A stretch of DNA of 62,371 nt, the filler included, from Choristocarpus tenellus KU-1152 (taxonomy: Eukaryota; Protista; Phaeophyceae): the NCBI GenBank assembly GCA_964200185.2. It is 12 parts of 12 records of this genome, joined end to end, with 100 filler letters (N's around TTAATTAATTAA, not from the genome) between each part and the next. Parts side by side here need not be neighbours in the genome. Positions count along the whole stretch, not along the records: positions 10,433 to 16,146 come from CAXNAD020009931.1; positions 16,247 to 26,962 come from CAXNAD020002763.1; 10 more parts are not named here. One strand, 5' to 3'. Under the pieces are notes generated by a model. The model did no database searches, had not been told where the DNA came from, and saw nothing but the letters and a program-made list of their open reading frames with translations. Every line of letters starts with the position of its first letter. The first letter of the stretch is position 1. Below are positions 13,150-26,833 of the stretch, in pieces. The translations under genes were made by a program, and so were the position numbers.

Positions 13150-15000
13150 CGCCCCACCTTCTATGACAACGATTCAATCTAATTTAAAAATTCTTTCATT
13201 TCACTATAATACTAGTCCCTATGCAGCATGTCTCAATTTGCTCTTGAAGTCCATTGTTCCACTACTCTTACCTGATGGGACCTTCCAATCCTTGAGACGA
13301 TCCACCAGTTCTGGTTTATACTTAACCCTTGTTGTCCAACTAGTGTTCCACATACTCCACTATGTACATGCACAGTCCAGGAATGGACAATGAACCACTA
13401 CAACTCTAGGTATACATCGAAGTATCAGGAGTATCGGGTACTGTAAGCTTTGAAATGATTCCGAGCAGTGTAATGATGGAATAATCACACAAGGAAGTAA
13501 AGCCAGCACCTGTGAGTCACAGGTCCAAAGCAAAGGATTTATGTCGCACACCATTGGACAAATACGAGAGTGCAATAGGAGCACTTGTTCCACTTAGGAG
13601 AAGATCAATTTTGCATTTCCCATGCTACTCAGGAATGAAACAAGTCAATGTAGGGACAAGAGGGGTTGAGAGGGCGAGGTATCAACAGTAACAACTGCCA
13701 CGACACCATGTACCTCTGGCAATCAATGTCCAATTCCAATGGTGATTTTGCCTACAGGATGGGCACTTCTGGAGAGAGTGTTGGCCATACCTCGTTCAGC
13801 CACTACACAAGGTTTCATCATGTACCATAACCATGATCCCAAGCCTGTGTCGTCTTCCCCTTAAATACTCTGGAGTAGCATATATACTTTGTGTGTTCTT
13901 TAATTTTTGTTATTTCTTAAAATATAAATATTTTTTGGGACAGGATTTTGCACTAATACCACACTCCTGGAGTAGGATAGTGATAGAATAAGGTAAGCAC
14001 TCCACCTCATGATAGATCTCAGCTGTAAAACACAACCGACAATACATTTACTGAATGTAAACAGATTAGGAAATTTCCTCACCGTGTAAGAGGAAAAAAA
14101 AGAAGACAAAAACACTTTAACACTTCAACGTCTATGAATTGCAAAACTAAAGGTACATGTTTATGTAGAGCTCAATCCTCTAAAGTCTTACATCATTCAC
14201 AAAGAACAAAGTAGCAAATTCATCCCAAAGGAAGCAAATCCTCAACCCCTCCTTCCACTCCAGCAGACGCCTTAGCAAGCTCTCAACCTGTCCTCTACTT
14301 CCATCACCGACACAAGGATAGGACAATCTGTCCCCCCCTTGTTATTACCTGTCAATTGGCAAAATGTACAGCCTCTCCTTGCAGAGTTCAACTCCTCAAC
14401 TCGTGTACTATGGACAAAAGATTACAATAAATGTATTCCCACCTCTCAACCCCCCTCCCTCTACTCCAGCAGATGCCCTTGCAAGCTCTCAGCCTGCATT
14501 CTACTTCCATCACTGTCAGAAGCACGGGGAAAATTTTCCCCTGCCCCACCAACGTCATCTCCCAGGTCACCCCAACCCTCTAATCTCTGTCCTCCCCCCC
14601 TTGGTGTTCCCTCTCCCATATCCGCCTCTCCTGATACTGTACCATCTAAAACTTCTACATACAATGTATCATGGTGAAGGACAGTAGCTGCCACCAGGCA
14701 TACCACTGTTGTGTTTTTGCCAACCATTATGTCAGGGGGCAAGGAAAAATGGAGGGAGGGAGGTTGGATGCCAGAAGGTGGTGGTAGTGGTGGTGGTGGT
14801 GGACAATTAGGGGAAATGTGTCCAAAATTGTGTACACACCTTTGGACAATTAGGAGATTGCTTTGTGATGGGATATGAAGGCAGGTTGTCATAGGACGAC
14901 TTCTTCACTATTCCTAATACTTTGAGTCAAAGTGAGGGTCATGCCACTGACCTACTGCTTATTGTTCACATATTATAAAAAATCATAGAGGAGATGATTT
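13150..15000 (-). mobile_element. Degenerate gag-like retroelement sequence
   Basis: CCHC-knuckle-like remnant (FGHISPNCPPPP) at ~14790-14890, an acidic/Gly-rich ORF at 14461-14892, and a diverged direct repeat with ~205-bp period (14238-14320 vs 14443-14525). Confidence 0.4.
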
Positions 15001-15515
15001 CAAGGTGGGGGATTGTGAACACATATTACAGAGTGAATAGTCACGCTTGTCACTTCAATATCAAACCCAAGTCTCGAACGACTCAAATGAATCGAATTTG
15101 TTTCAGCACTGGAAAGACACAAGTCAGTTAGCATGCAGCTGCATCACTGAGGTAGGCATTGAAGGGTACTCCTTGAATCAATCCCTTCCGCCACATGATC
15201 AGAAACAGCAGAGCACCTAAGGTTCAACTTCAACTTCAACTTCAACTCCATGCACCTCACTCCACCCAACTATTGCACTCCGAACTAGGTCCACTACACT
15301 ACCCACCCAAGCATTGAATGGACACCTTGGGAGCACTCGGACGGACAACAGAGCTTAGTACTCTATCCTCTCAAATTGTCATTTCTGCCATACATACACA
15401 CACACACACACACACGCAGTGGCAGTACTTGCGTTAATAAAAATGCTCTTTTACGGGACTACCCATCATTCTTCTTTTTTTCTTGCTGGGTAAATGTTCG
15501 CACCAACAGAACAGC

Positions 15516-15718
15516 TCTAACCCTAACCCAATAGGATGAAGCCTCCGTCCTAACCCTAACCTTAACCCAATAGGAAGAAGCCTCCGTCCTAACCTTAACC
15601 CTAAACCAATAGAACGAAGCCTCAGTCCTAACCCTAACCCTTACCCAATAGGATGAAGCCTCTGCCATAACCCTAGTCCTAGCCCTAACCCTAACCCCAA
15701 CCCCAAAACCCTTAACTC
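15516..15718 (-). repeat. ~39-bp tandem array containing telomere-like TTAGGG units at an intron 5' end
   Basis: About 4 units of CCTAACCCTAACC(C/T)TAACCCAATAGGATGAAGCCTCCGT followed by degenerate (CCCTAA)n running up to the GT donor at 15720-15719. Confidence 0.9.
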
Positions 15719-15720
15719 AC

Positions 15721-16146
15721 CTGCCGAGGCGAAGAAGAACCCCGGGTACATCCACAACAAGGCCGACCGAAGACCCTCCGCCCCGGCAGTGGAGTCAGAA
15801 ACGCGGACTTCCATCGCCACGGGGGAAGTCCCGATGGCGGACGTGGCATTGAAGTAGAAAGTCCGTTCAGTCTCGTAATAGGCGCGAATCATCGGCACAA
15901 GGGCAGCCGCCAGGCCGCTGATGTTGGTGATGATGAAGTTGTACAGCGCCACGCTCGTGACACGGACCCCTCGAGGAACCAGGGCCATGACAACCGTGAG
16001 TACGACCCCTATCCACATCTCTCCCAAGAGCTCCGCACACAGGAGGCTCATGAAGCACCACGGGTATGGGAACAGCAGCACCCCGGCGGCGAAGGGTGTA
16101 GCGAGGGCGTTGGAGGCAAAGACCACTCTTAGACGGCCGGGGGTAC
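15721..16146 (-). CDS. MFS transporter (Spinster-like), C-terminal-half exon
   Basis: GC-rich open frame SNALATPFAAGVLLFPYPWCFMSLLCAELLGEMWIGVVLTVVMALVPRGVRVTSVALYNFIITNISG...GLRSALLWMYPGFFFASA has several TM helices and an MFS-like loop. It ends at a gtgagt donor and is cut by a linker upstream. Confidence 0.85.
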
Positions 16147-16495
16147 NNNNNNNNNNNNNNNNNNNNNNNNNNNNNNNNNNNNNNNNNNNNTTAATTAATT
16201 AANNNNNNNNNNNNNNNNNNNNNNNNNNNNNNNNNNNNNNNNNNNNATATCGATCTTGATGTTGAAATGCTTGTCGAATTTTTTATATATGTCAACCTGA
16301 TGCCTCTCCCCTTATCATTGAGTCCTTCACGAAGTAAAGTGGGTATTTTACCCTCACACGGATGCCTCTCTTCCGCTAACCGCCCCCCCATCCGTTTCCA
16401 ACGTGTCCTAATAATAGAGTTTACCGATCATCGCTCTTTTATCCATCAGCTGTCCGCTTCTCACCCATAAATGTTTACTATAACCATAATGACAG

Positions 16496-19400
16496 TCGGT
16501 GGATGAGCTTGCCAACGCAGGCATCAAGATGGCGGAGATCAACAAGCTGAAGGAAGTACATATTGCAACTATAGGCTCACTCCTTCACACTTCCAGGAAG
16601 GTCAGTTATTAAGTACATAGTACTTCAAAGCAAAGGTAATCAGACTGTGTTGGGTTCAAACTAGTTTTGAACAATATTTGATTGAGGCATACACAGATGA
16701 CATTTCAGTTATGGTCCTCCTGTGGAAGGGCGTCAATGAACCGCACGTATCCATGTACTGAACACTAACACCAACTTTCTGACAGTTCGTTGCATCAATC
16801 TCTGCCCCAGTCCTCATCTTGCGTCTGGCTTCCCAAACTGTGGCCCACCTCCCTTTGTTGTCATACGCACTCACCAGGTGCTCCTGACTATCAAGGGCTT
16901 CTCAGAAGCCATGGTATCTAAAATTCTTACTGCTGCTATGAAATTGGATAACACAGGCTCCAGTGGCATGTTCAGGACGGGCACAGAAGTTCGGCAGTCC
17001 CGTCAAAGGGTCATCAAGGTAGTAAGGAGCATCCTTCGGAAATTGGGACATGTAGTTCAAGGCAGGGTAGAGCCAGTTGAATTCCCAACTGTCCAGTTTC
17101 CTATGCCTGTCAACCCGTGCTCCCTGTGTTCTATGTGGACACTGCCCCTTACGTGGAACCATTGGCACTGATCCAGATATTGATATCTAACAAATCTCCC
17201 AAAGTACAGATAACTTCTAAATGATAAGAATCATGTGACCAGGTTTCACATTGCATATCTCACCTTCTTACAGTGTTTTGCGTTCCCAAATTTGTATATT
17301 TGTCATGATGTCCTGGTTCACCGCTCCTATTAACAGCCATCGCCACCTTTGTTAGCTCACTTTGCCAGAATAGAGTGGTGTCAGTCGGGCGACTCATTGC
17401 GCTGTATCTCTAGAGTCGAGATTCAGCCTAAATATAGAGCTGCAATCCTTTGTATAAACTAAGTTGAAGACTATACCCGACCTCTACAATCCTTGGACTA
17501 GCCTATCCCTGTTCTACCCACTGTTCTCTTCGTTTTCTTACACAACTTACCAGGTTCATACTGGGTCAACCCAGATGGATGCACTGCTTGGGGGGGGGGT
17601 GGAGACAGGATCAATTACCGAGTTTTTTGGAGAATTCCGTTCGGGCAAGACACAACTCATGCACACACTTTGTGTGACTTCGCAGCTAAGCAGGGACATG
17701 GGTGGAGCTGAGGGGAGGGTGAGAAATGCTATGGGTGAAGCACCGGGTAGTGTGCACTGTACAATTGAATGGTAACGTATTAATGTAGGTGCATCTTTGG
17801 GATTGGAATGGCAAGGAAAAATATGTTCCACATGCGAATGAGAGATTGATATTTACTGGACAAATTATTGGAAGTAGTGAGAAAATATATCAAAACATGT
17901 AAAAAATAGTCAATAATCGTGTTGTCTAATGCTCCTGTTGAAAATGGCATCTCAACCCTCCTCCCCTTCCAACACCAAAGGTTGTCTACATGGATACTGA
18001 GGGAAACTTTAGACCAGAGCGCATTGAGGCTATTGCAGAGAGGTTTGGTCTTGACAGTAATGAGACCCTGGAAAATATAATAATCACAAGGGTCTTCAAC
18101 CATGAGCAGCAAATAGAACGCGCAAAGGTGAATCCCAAGCATCTAGAATGCAGCTAATGCAATCATTGACAGAGCCACCACGGTTGGCAGGATAGATAAT
18201 TAGATAATTATAAGTATGGCACGCTTAGAACTATGTAGTGTGTGCTTCGAGATATGTACAGATTGGTCTTTGTGATGTATGTATGTACGAGTATACCTAC
18301 AAACTGAACATCTCAATCCCTAACTGTTCTTAGTTAACAACTGATTCACATACCCATCCATGTGCAATGATTTGGACACATAAACAACTCCTCCTACAAC
18401 TCTACATGTTGTTACTAGTAGAATAGTTTTGAAGAGAGGCTGATACTGCAAACTCTGAGTTATTAAGCGTTCAGTTGGAATCACTCCAAAAAATGCTGAA
18501 AATAATATTATAGTAATATTTCGATACTTCGCGACAGCTAACACAACTCGGAAACAATGCGCGATGCCCTACTGGTGTGTACATTTTTTTCGTTGTTAGA
18601 ACTTCTTAGATGATAGGAACAGCAATGTAGAATTTGCCAAGATCTCTTCCAGTCTAACATGGCATCAACATAGTGAAACCACAACAAGAAGCATGCTTAG
18701 TACCCTGTGCCTGGTAAGGAATAGATTTTACACGTCTCAATAGAGCCCCATCTTATCACCAGGTAGTTGCGTTTCTCCCTTTATTTGATCACACCCACAA
18801 TTTGAAAGATAGCTACATTGTCACCAAGTAGTTATATTCCAGATGCTACATTTAATCATGTACACTTCAGAGCCCTACGTGTTTCAAAATTACACTACTC
18901 CATAGTTTGCTGTAGTTCAAAGGACATGGCATACAACAAATTGACTGTGAGTAACTGACAATTGTACACCTTTTTGGTTGTTTTGCATTATACTAGTACA
19001 AAGTATGCCTTTTTTCACCCTAGTGCACTGGACATGATTTCAATGTATATATTTTATGTGCAGAATGGAAGCCCCTGAAAACGAAGGCATCATCATTGCA
19101 GAAAGAGAGTGGAAAAATATCCACCAAGATCGAGTTAAGACCCTTTTTGTAGCCCTTTTCGAAATGACCAGTATCCTTATCAATACACTCATGCATACCT
19201 CCCAGTTAGTATTGACCTGTTTCCAGCAAAGACCTCCCATTCTAAAAAGAGTTTTTGGTGTGAAAGCTACATGGCTTGTGGTCTTTGTAACTTCTTTGCA
19301 TCTTCACAATACACCTTCCCCATCTCAACTCCCCTAATACCTCACCTGTGGACCAACACCTCAAATGCGGTGGGCAACAGAGCATCGCTGCCCTCTGCCT

Positions 19401-20727
19401 CACTGACGGCCCAATCAGGATCATCATCGTGGACTCTGTTATTGCCCTCTTCCGTACGGATTTCAGCGGCAGGGGTGATCTATCAGAGCGACAGCAGAAG
19501 CTGGGCAAGCATCTCTCCTGTCTGCTTCAGATGGCTGCTGTGAGTGATTTTGTTGTAATGTGAGTTGCCTCTATCAGGGGAAGGAGGGAGAGTTTATGGC
19601 ACGCATCCATCTCATATCATGAAGGCTAGAGTTGAAATGTAGGGAAAGAAACCCTTCTGACTACTTCAATGGAGAGTGCAACAGCAAAAAGTTAATTTCA
19701 CTGCGAACAGTGGTCACCTATGCTGTAGCTTCCCTGCATAATGCACCAGTTCGTTCACTCTGTTCATCACCAGAGGAGAATCTAGACAGGGTTTAATTGC
19801 GGTAGTACTAAATATCTTTTTGTAGAAATTGCTCCTCTGTCTGATTGCGACTGAACACGATAAACTTCTCCAACAGTCATCATTGCAATCATACAAAACT
19901 GTATATTTAACCTGTAAATATTTCCCTGATATCCTTCATTGCGGTCCAATACAAGGGGGAATGTTCTGCAGGAGGGCAAGTTGAACGAAGTAGTAGGTGG
20001 ACGGTCTAGTTCGAAGCATCTTTGTAAGGCTTCACATAGCCATGTGCATAGAATTTGAAGTACTGGAAATAATTTTTGACAAGCACTATTTACACAGGGA
20101 GCATGTCATCATGTGCTTTCAACTCCACACAACTCTACCTTCCCCCCTGAAAATGACATCTACCATTGAACCCTCTATATCCCTGACCTGCAGGATCTGA
20201 ATGTGGCTGTTGTGCTCGTGAATCAGTGCATGTCTGACCCTGGGGGAATGTCCATTTTCCCTGTCGTGAAGCCTGTGGGGGGACACGTCCTTGCCCATGC
20301 CAGCACAACCAGGGTGCACCTCAAGAAGGCCAGGGTAGGTTGTGCTCCATAGTTGGATGTCTTCTGATGATGTCAATTGGGACAGATAGAGAAGATGGTA
20401 CTTGCCCCAAGGGTATGTTTACTGAATGTTGCACCACAATTGGGTGTAGATACCAACTGACAGTTCATGTCTACTCCACCTTATATAGTCCGCTTCCCCA
20501 CAACTTTGTTAGGAACTGCCACCACCATAGGATATAACCTGTCCCTAACTTCTCCGCCTCTGGATTCCATGTCCCACTCTTCTCACCGTGCCTCATCTCT
20601 ACCTTCTCCGTCTATCATGACTTTGAAGGACAACGAGCGTGTTGCCAAGATATTTGACAGTCCTTCAATGCCTGAAGCTGAGTGCAGTTTCAAGATCACT
20701 GCTGGAGGAATTGCTGATTGTGACTGA
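16496..20727 (+). CDS. DMC1: Meiotic recombinase DMC1 (N-terminal start exon not resolved)
   Basis: Exons 16496-16600, 16878-17018, 17554-17718, 17981-18127, 19381-19539, 20194-20334 and 20629-20727 are all GT-AG and phase 0. Walker A GEFRSGKT and Walker B IIIVD are present. DMC1-type rather than RAD51-type residues: [45 protein letters not shown]. Confidence 0.93.
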
Positions 20728-21417
20728 TCACTTCTATATATATATCAGTGTTGTAGTAATGGGTAGATGACTGGAGAAGCACTCAAGGGCAACCTGATAG
20801 AGCTTCACCAGAGCACAGCATTCAGAGAGTTTAGTACTATTGGAGTGACGTTTGGGGTTGCTAGATGCAGTTATACACAACACAGTAACTTCAAACACAC
20901 TAGCATTGTAAGTCTTTTCAGGTATGAATAATGGGTTTTACTGGTAAAACCTTGGGCACTCTGGAATCCACAGTCGTTCTCATGGTTACTCCTGCTTAAT
21001 AGGGAGATGGCATCAAGGTATAAATGTTGCAGGTACCAAAGACGTGGAACAGATATCCCACTTTGAGGTCTCTACAGCAACATACATAAACTGGGCTGGG
21101 AATGACTCAAATTAAGTAAGAGACACCTGATCTCAAGATAATATTTCCAACAGTTCAAAAGCTACAAATGTGGGATGTCCAGTGCATCTGCAACCACCTA
21201 TACGACAATGTTTTCAGAGTTCTGAGCTAAAGAGGATACACGAAAATACAACTGTTGCTTCCCCAGCGATCAATTCTGAACTACATGAAAGGAGATCCAG
21301 TTCAACTCAGCAACCATTCAAACCAATTGAGTTAACAAATAAGCTCAAAATCCGTTTCCAACACCGCAACACACAGAACAAGAACAAACCAGGGAACCTA
21401 GCAGGTAGGCCAGGACT

Positions 21418-24400
21418 CTAACTTACTCGCTTCCGCTTGGCATCTGGAGTTACACTCTCCGTTCCCTCCCCCTCCCCATTGCCTACATCTCTGCATCCAT
21501 CCCCAGTGCAATTTACCAGATTAGAAGTAACACCTACCCCCCCCAGCCCTCGCTCCAGCTCCTCACCTACTGTAACCCCTATACCTCCCCGCCCTGGATT
21601 CTTCCCAACAGGTATTTGTTCAATCTTTTGCATCTTTCCATCTCCCCTACTATTGTCTCCCTGCACGCCCCCCTCTGCCCCCCCAGAACCCAGGTCAGGG
21701 GCTGGGAAGGACAGGCACAGCATGGGCTTCTTGGGAGCTACATCCCTCACATGGTGCACCTTGATGTCAAACTTGGTGAATGCTGTTTCCATAACTGTGT
21801 TTGCTCGATCAATAGCATCCTGAGCAGCAGGGATGTGACCACCACGAGACCAGTTGGCAGTAGATGTGTGTTGACCCGGATATCAGGCCCAGGCAGGGGA
21901 AGGAAGAGGAAGATAGCAAACAATGATGAGGCAAAATGTTCCAGACCGGTGTGTGTGTGTGTTCAGCATCAGATTCAAACATGAGCCAGAAGGGTTTCTA
22001 AAAAAAGGTAAAAATCCTAAATTGTGGAGATATGGTAGGTAGCATACTCCAAATCAAAGCTCTCTTGTTTATTGACAGACCTGCACTGGGTCCTCCTCCT
22101 TGCTGAAGCAGTACACATGGACCCACGGTGGGTGGGGGAAACCCAGTGCACTCCAGTCTATCCCTTTGAACACATCTAGGAACTCCAGTGCCGAGTTGGG
22201 CAAGTTTAGGATGGCATGGTCAAATGCCTGGGACATGTCAGGTGGATGTAGGGGCACAATGGGGAATGACATTAGATCAATTAGAAACTATTGTTTGCCA
22301 GAACAGGAAAATAAGAACCCCCCCAACAGAGTCTTCATGTTTGAAAGGGGCACAAAAACAACTGAAATTAGTGGCAACATCCCTCCCCCCCCTCCTCCCA
22401 CATATGACATGCTATCCTTTCACTTTGCTTTTTTCCAGTTCTTTCAGGCCAGGCAGTTAGTGTTTCCACTGTTGGTTGTACGGCTACGGACCAGTCATGT
22501 TCGAACCTGGTGTAAATGACTGCCTGGCAGCGCCAGTCATGTTGAGTAGTGACGGCCATGGACTTGGCCACGTTAGAATATTTTATGCATGGTCGGCCAG
22601 GTAATATTTTGTTGACACTTGGTCCACTCAGTCATAGCCATGCCTCCTTACTTACCATTCACTCTACTTGTATATTGTATCCTATACTACTACGGAAGTA
22701 CTAAATATATAATATTAATATTTCTATATTATTTTCTGTCTTACTACTTTACAGACTATTAAAATTAAAAATTGAATACAAATACAATGTTGAGTGTTTG
22801 ATGTCTGGGTGACTGAGGTGATATGTGACAAGGTTGAATTGTGCAAATAGTCAACATGTAGATTAAAACAAAATCCATACATATATGCCTCGTGTTCTTG
22901 TTATTAAGTCTTCATGTTTTCAAACCAAGGTAGTCCCAAAAGATTTGAAAAAGAGTACGATCTATATCCACATAGAGGAGTATAACTTGACCTTCAACAT
23001 GTAAGTATACACATTTTTCATTGTTAGACTAGTATAACACATAGTGCACATGATCCGGACATGTTAGAGAATGTTTGAGCCAGTCTGGTCAGTGAACATG
23101 GACTGGTATATGTTTGATAATTGTGGGACTGGTCCAGTCGGCGGACGGGACCATTTTAATTTGTTGGTCTGATGAAAAGCCCTGACATTTCCCCCTTCCA
23201 CCTCATCCCTTTCCAGTCTGCACAAGCCATATTACAGCAATATATACTCAGTAGGAGGGAGGAGGGGAGGTTACAGGGCAAACAAATCATCCCATTGGCT
23301 CAGTGTGGCAACAAGACACTTATATTTGTCTACATGTGCCTCCTCACTCATACCTTGTACCTCCCCAATCTTGGTATCACTTCAACACGCACCATAGCTA
23401 TAGTACACAGTACTTACTAGACAATATCCCCCCATACAACACCTACCACACTAATGTATTAGCTTTTCACCTGGCCCTGTGACATGAGGCCCCTTGCAAA
23501 TGTCCTCCCACATTGGTTTGATGCCGTCAGCTTATTCTCACACTTATTCCGCCTTGCATTCAACACCAGAGAGGAGTGACTCTCCGGGTTTAGATCGTTG
23601 GCAAAGACTGTGTGCCCACGGCGTGCCAAGGGCACTGCAAAAGGCCCTACCCCAGCCATCATGTCACATACACGAACCTCTGCTGGGGTTCGGTCAGGAA
23701 AGGAAGAAGATACGACATCGATGAGCCGCGCATGCTCCATCTTCAAGAAAAAAAAGACATTTGGGGAGGAGATGTGAGGAGGCCAATTGATGAGTTACAC
23801 AATGCGGTTCAAGAGATGTGAGGGGTATGTCCTAAGGAACGTTGAGTGGTACATGAGTTTGGAGGGGGAAAAGGAGGACTTCAATGAGTTGAGGGAGGAG
23901 TAGAGGAGGCAGAAACATTTATAGGCATAATCCTAGAAGGGGTCGGGTGGTCAACCCTTCTTTGCACGTGAATGTTGGCCAACAGGATCACACATAGACA
24001 CGACAGACAAACAAGGGTGTCATTCCTAATGACCTTTGATTCTCTCCCACTGTGGGTGTAAGACACAAAAAACAAATTGTACAGGATATATGCATCCCAT
24101 GTGTTACCACCAATCCCTCCTCAAATCCCTCCTTTCATGCATACAGCCATGAATGCACCACAAGCAATGCATAACAAACACTCCCTCCTCGAAGAAAACT
24201 GTGCAATATAGACTAGTAGTCTATATTGCACAAAAACATCGTAGGAGCAAAGTTGTTTTGAATAAAACAAACCTGACCCAAACCTCCGATAATTGCATTC
24301 ATCACATTGTACACCTAACTCTAGAGAATGAAAAGAAACGCCTCTCAAGAACTCAACTATCATTTTTTAATCTCCATTATCGTGAGGGCTCTCAGACTCG

Positions 24401-26563
24401 TTGTCGATGGTGGCACAGAAAAGAAAAAGTCCAAATAAAAAAAGAAGAAAGGCAATGAACAAACATTATTGCCTCATTACACAGCACCTCAACAACACCA
24501 GGAAATGCATATACATATATGCACCTGCAGGCGGCTGTTCCAGTAAACCTTGGCAAAGTCAAACTGGAATGTGCAGCCACTTTCCCTCACCTCCACCTAT
24601 ATTTTCACATCCAAAGACAACCATCACAAACCAGGGTTGGGGGGGGGGAGGGATCATGAAAGGCAAGCGGTACATATCTCTCTTTAAATAGGGATTCATG
24701 TACAGATTGACAGATAGTGGATAGGGTGTGATTTTTTTTGGACCAATAGGATATCCTGCACATTTTATTTTAGCCAATCCGATTCATTGACCCCTACCAC
24801 ATCTCATATCTCCACATATTGGCATATTGCCATCTCTACTCCTGGACAAGAGTCGAAAGTCTCGAAAAAGACGTTTGTTATCCATATAGATAGAAACAGA
24901 ACAAAAAAACGTATGCCTTTTTGGGCTCCCGTGCTTCATTTCTTTTTAATATGTACATCCACGTACACATAGATGAAGCAATTCTATAATAGCCAGCAAA
25001 TATAAACAAAATCCTACCACCCCATTCAAATGCACACTTGAAAAATAACAATACAAACCGTTCTTGTAGTTGAAAAGTGGTGTTTGAAAGGAAAAAATAC
25101 ATTGTATCACATTGCCGTTATCATTTTCTAAACACACGAGTAACATTTCACCAAGTGTTTATGACTCGGACTTAATCAAGTAATGGATAGTTTTTGTACA
25201 ATCATGGCACTAGTATCGTAGTAAAATTAGGGTAAGGGCTAGGGCTAGGGCTGATGCTTACATAAGTTTGCAAACTATGTATGTATTACTCATTGCACAA
25301 CACTTTTCCTACATACTGGTACGTTGTGGAAGGATGTACAAGTGTAGGATTTCCCTCATAAAGACAGTAGAAGAGAGGTGCAGCACTTGTAATTGCAAAA
25401 GCCTAAAGCAACCAAATTACAAAAAAAAAAATCCCTGCAGCTTTCCGTCTAGGCCCATACTATTGTCAGGTAAATTAACCAACAAAAAAAATCTCACTGC
25501 ACCTGAGTATTTGCTTCCCCTCCGATAACCTCCATTGGAAATGTGCGAAACTCCGTCTCGATTGTGCCAACCTTATGATTTGTTCATTTATTGTTGTCCA
25601 CAGTCGTTGCAACATCATTGTCAGATTCATATCATTTGACAGGATAGGCCGCAAGCTGGACATTAGGGAGTTGGCACACACGCACGAGCATGTGTGCAGA
25701 AGTTGGGGGTGATGCATGATGGAGGATTAATTTTGTGAGCCTGGTATGTGTTTTGTACCATTTTATCAAGTGACCACTGCTTTATTAGAGCCTTTCGTGT
25801 ATGCCATCATCAGAGTTGAAAATTGCTTGACATAGTAGTTGGCATGTGTGTGTGTGTGTGTGGGGGGGGGGGGAGAGTGTATAGTTGTTTGGTGGGGGGT
25901 TGGGTGTGGGGGGTGGGGGGGGGGGGGGGGGGGGGATGGCAATGAAAGACACCATTTATGGCATCAGTAACTGTATATATACTGAAGTGTTACTGTTGTG
26001 TACCACCACACCCAATAGATCTTGGGGACAATCTCTGACATCCATTTCAAAGCTGATTAAGATCTTGTTGTTTACCCCCTCCCCCTCCCACTTCCCCCCC
26101 CCTCTGCCCTGACACCACATAGTGCTTGAAAAACACCTACTTCTGCAGGTAAAACATGGCTATGAATAAGAGTGAGGGGAGGCAATATCAGAGTGGTGAT
26201 GGCTTGTATGTGATGACTGCACTGGATCATAAGGTGAAAAATGGTGGTAGGAAGTAATACGTACATGTGTAGCTCAAAATATATTGCAATCCCACCGTTG
26301 TCCCCACCCCAAAAGTCCGCATGTCTGTATATTGTGAGAGGTCACATGCTGTGGAGTTCAGCAAATGAGAGGCGATGCATCACAAGAAAATGGTGCCAAG
26401 GACGTTTCACTCACATTCCGTGAAAGGAAAAAATATATATCAAAGTCCAACACACACATGCCCACAAAAAAACAAAAGGAGATGAGCAAAATTCACCCAC
26501 TGCACTGTACATTTCACACCTCTCAAAACAAACTCAACAACAAAAAAGAGTACAGCACAAAAG

Positions 26564-26594
<31 letters not shown>

Positions 26595-26833
26595 TCACTA
26601 CAATAAGAAAAAAGAAAAATCTATCATTTGCAGAAGCTATACTGTGGTTAAGAAAAAAAATCTCGACACCATTGAGATATCCAAACCCTGTTGACTGTAT
26701 CGACGTTGGAACAAATCGACAAAAAAAGGTACATTAGAATGCTACAATGAGTACGTGTGCATGTGTGCGTGTTGTCCCATCCCCATACCTTGTTTACCAC
26801 GGTGGTGATGCGGGGATTCTTGTCCATGATCAC
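21418..26833 (-). CDS. TRM5: tRNA (guanine37-N1)-methyltransferase TRM5/TRMT5, 5'-truncated
   Basis: Exons 26833-26789 (VIMDKNPRITTVVNK), 25571-25503 (VGTIETEFRTFPMEVIGGEANTQ), 24596-24525 (VEVRESGCTFQFDFAKVYWNSRLQ), 23740-23471 (DMMAGVGPFAVP, ANDLNP), 22227-22081 (NLP, VHVYCF) and 21819-21418 (VRDVAPKKPMLCLSF, ending in KRKRVS*). All GT-AG, phase 0. Confidence 0.95.
22457..23170. mobile_element. Possible DNA-transposon (hAT-like) remnant in TRM5 intron
   Basis: Starts TAGTGTTTCC, has clusters of CCAGTC/GACTGG near both ends and an AT-rich core. A similar GACTGG cluster lies at 43970-44075. Confidence 0.3.

Noticed and set aside
15459-15720. Repetitive ORFs (VRVRTEASSYW, GLGLGLG)
   Set aside because: Translations of the intronic telomere-like array downstream of a strong GT donor.
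16247-16290. First coding exon of DMC1 (…MLVEFFIY)
   Set aside because: In frame and possible, but the donor (gtcaac) is weak and the contig edge is adjacent; left out of the gene model.
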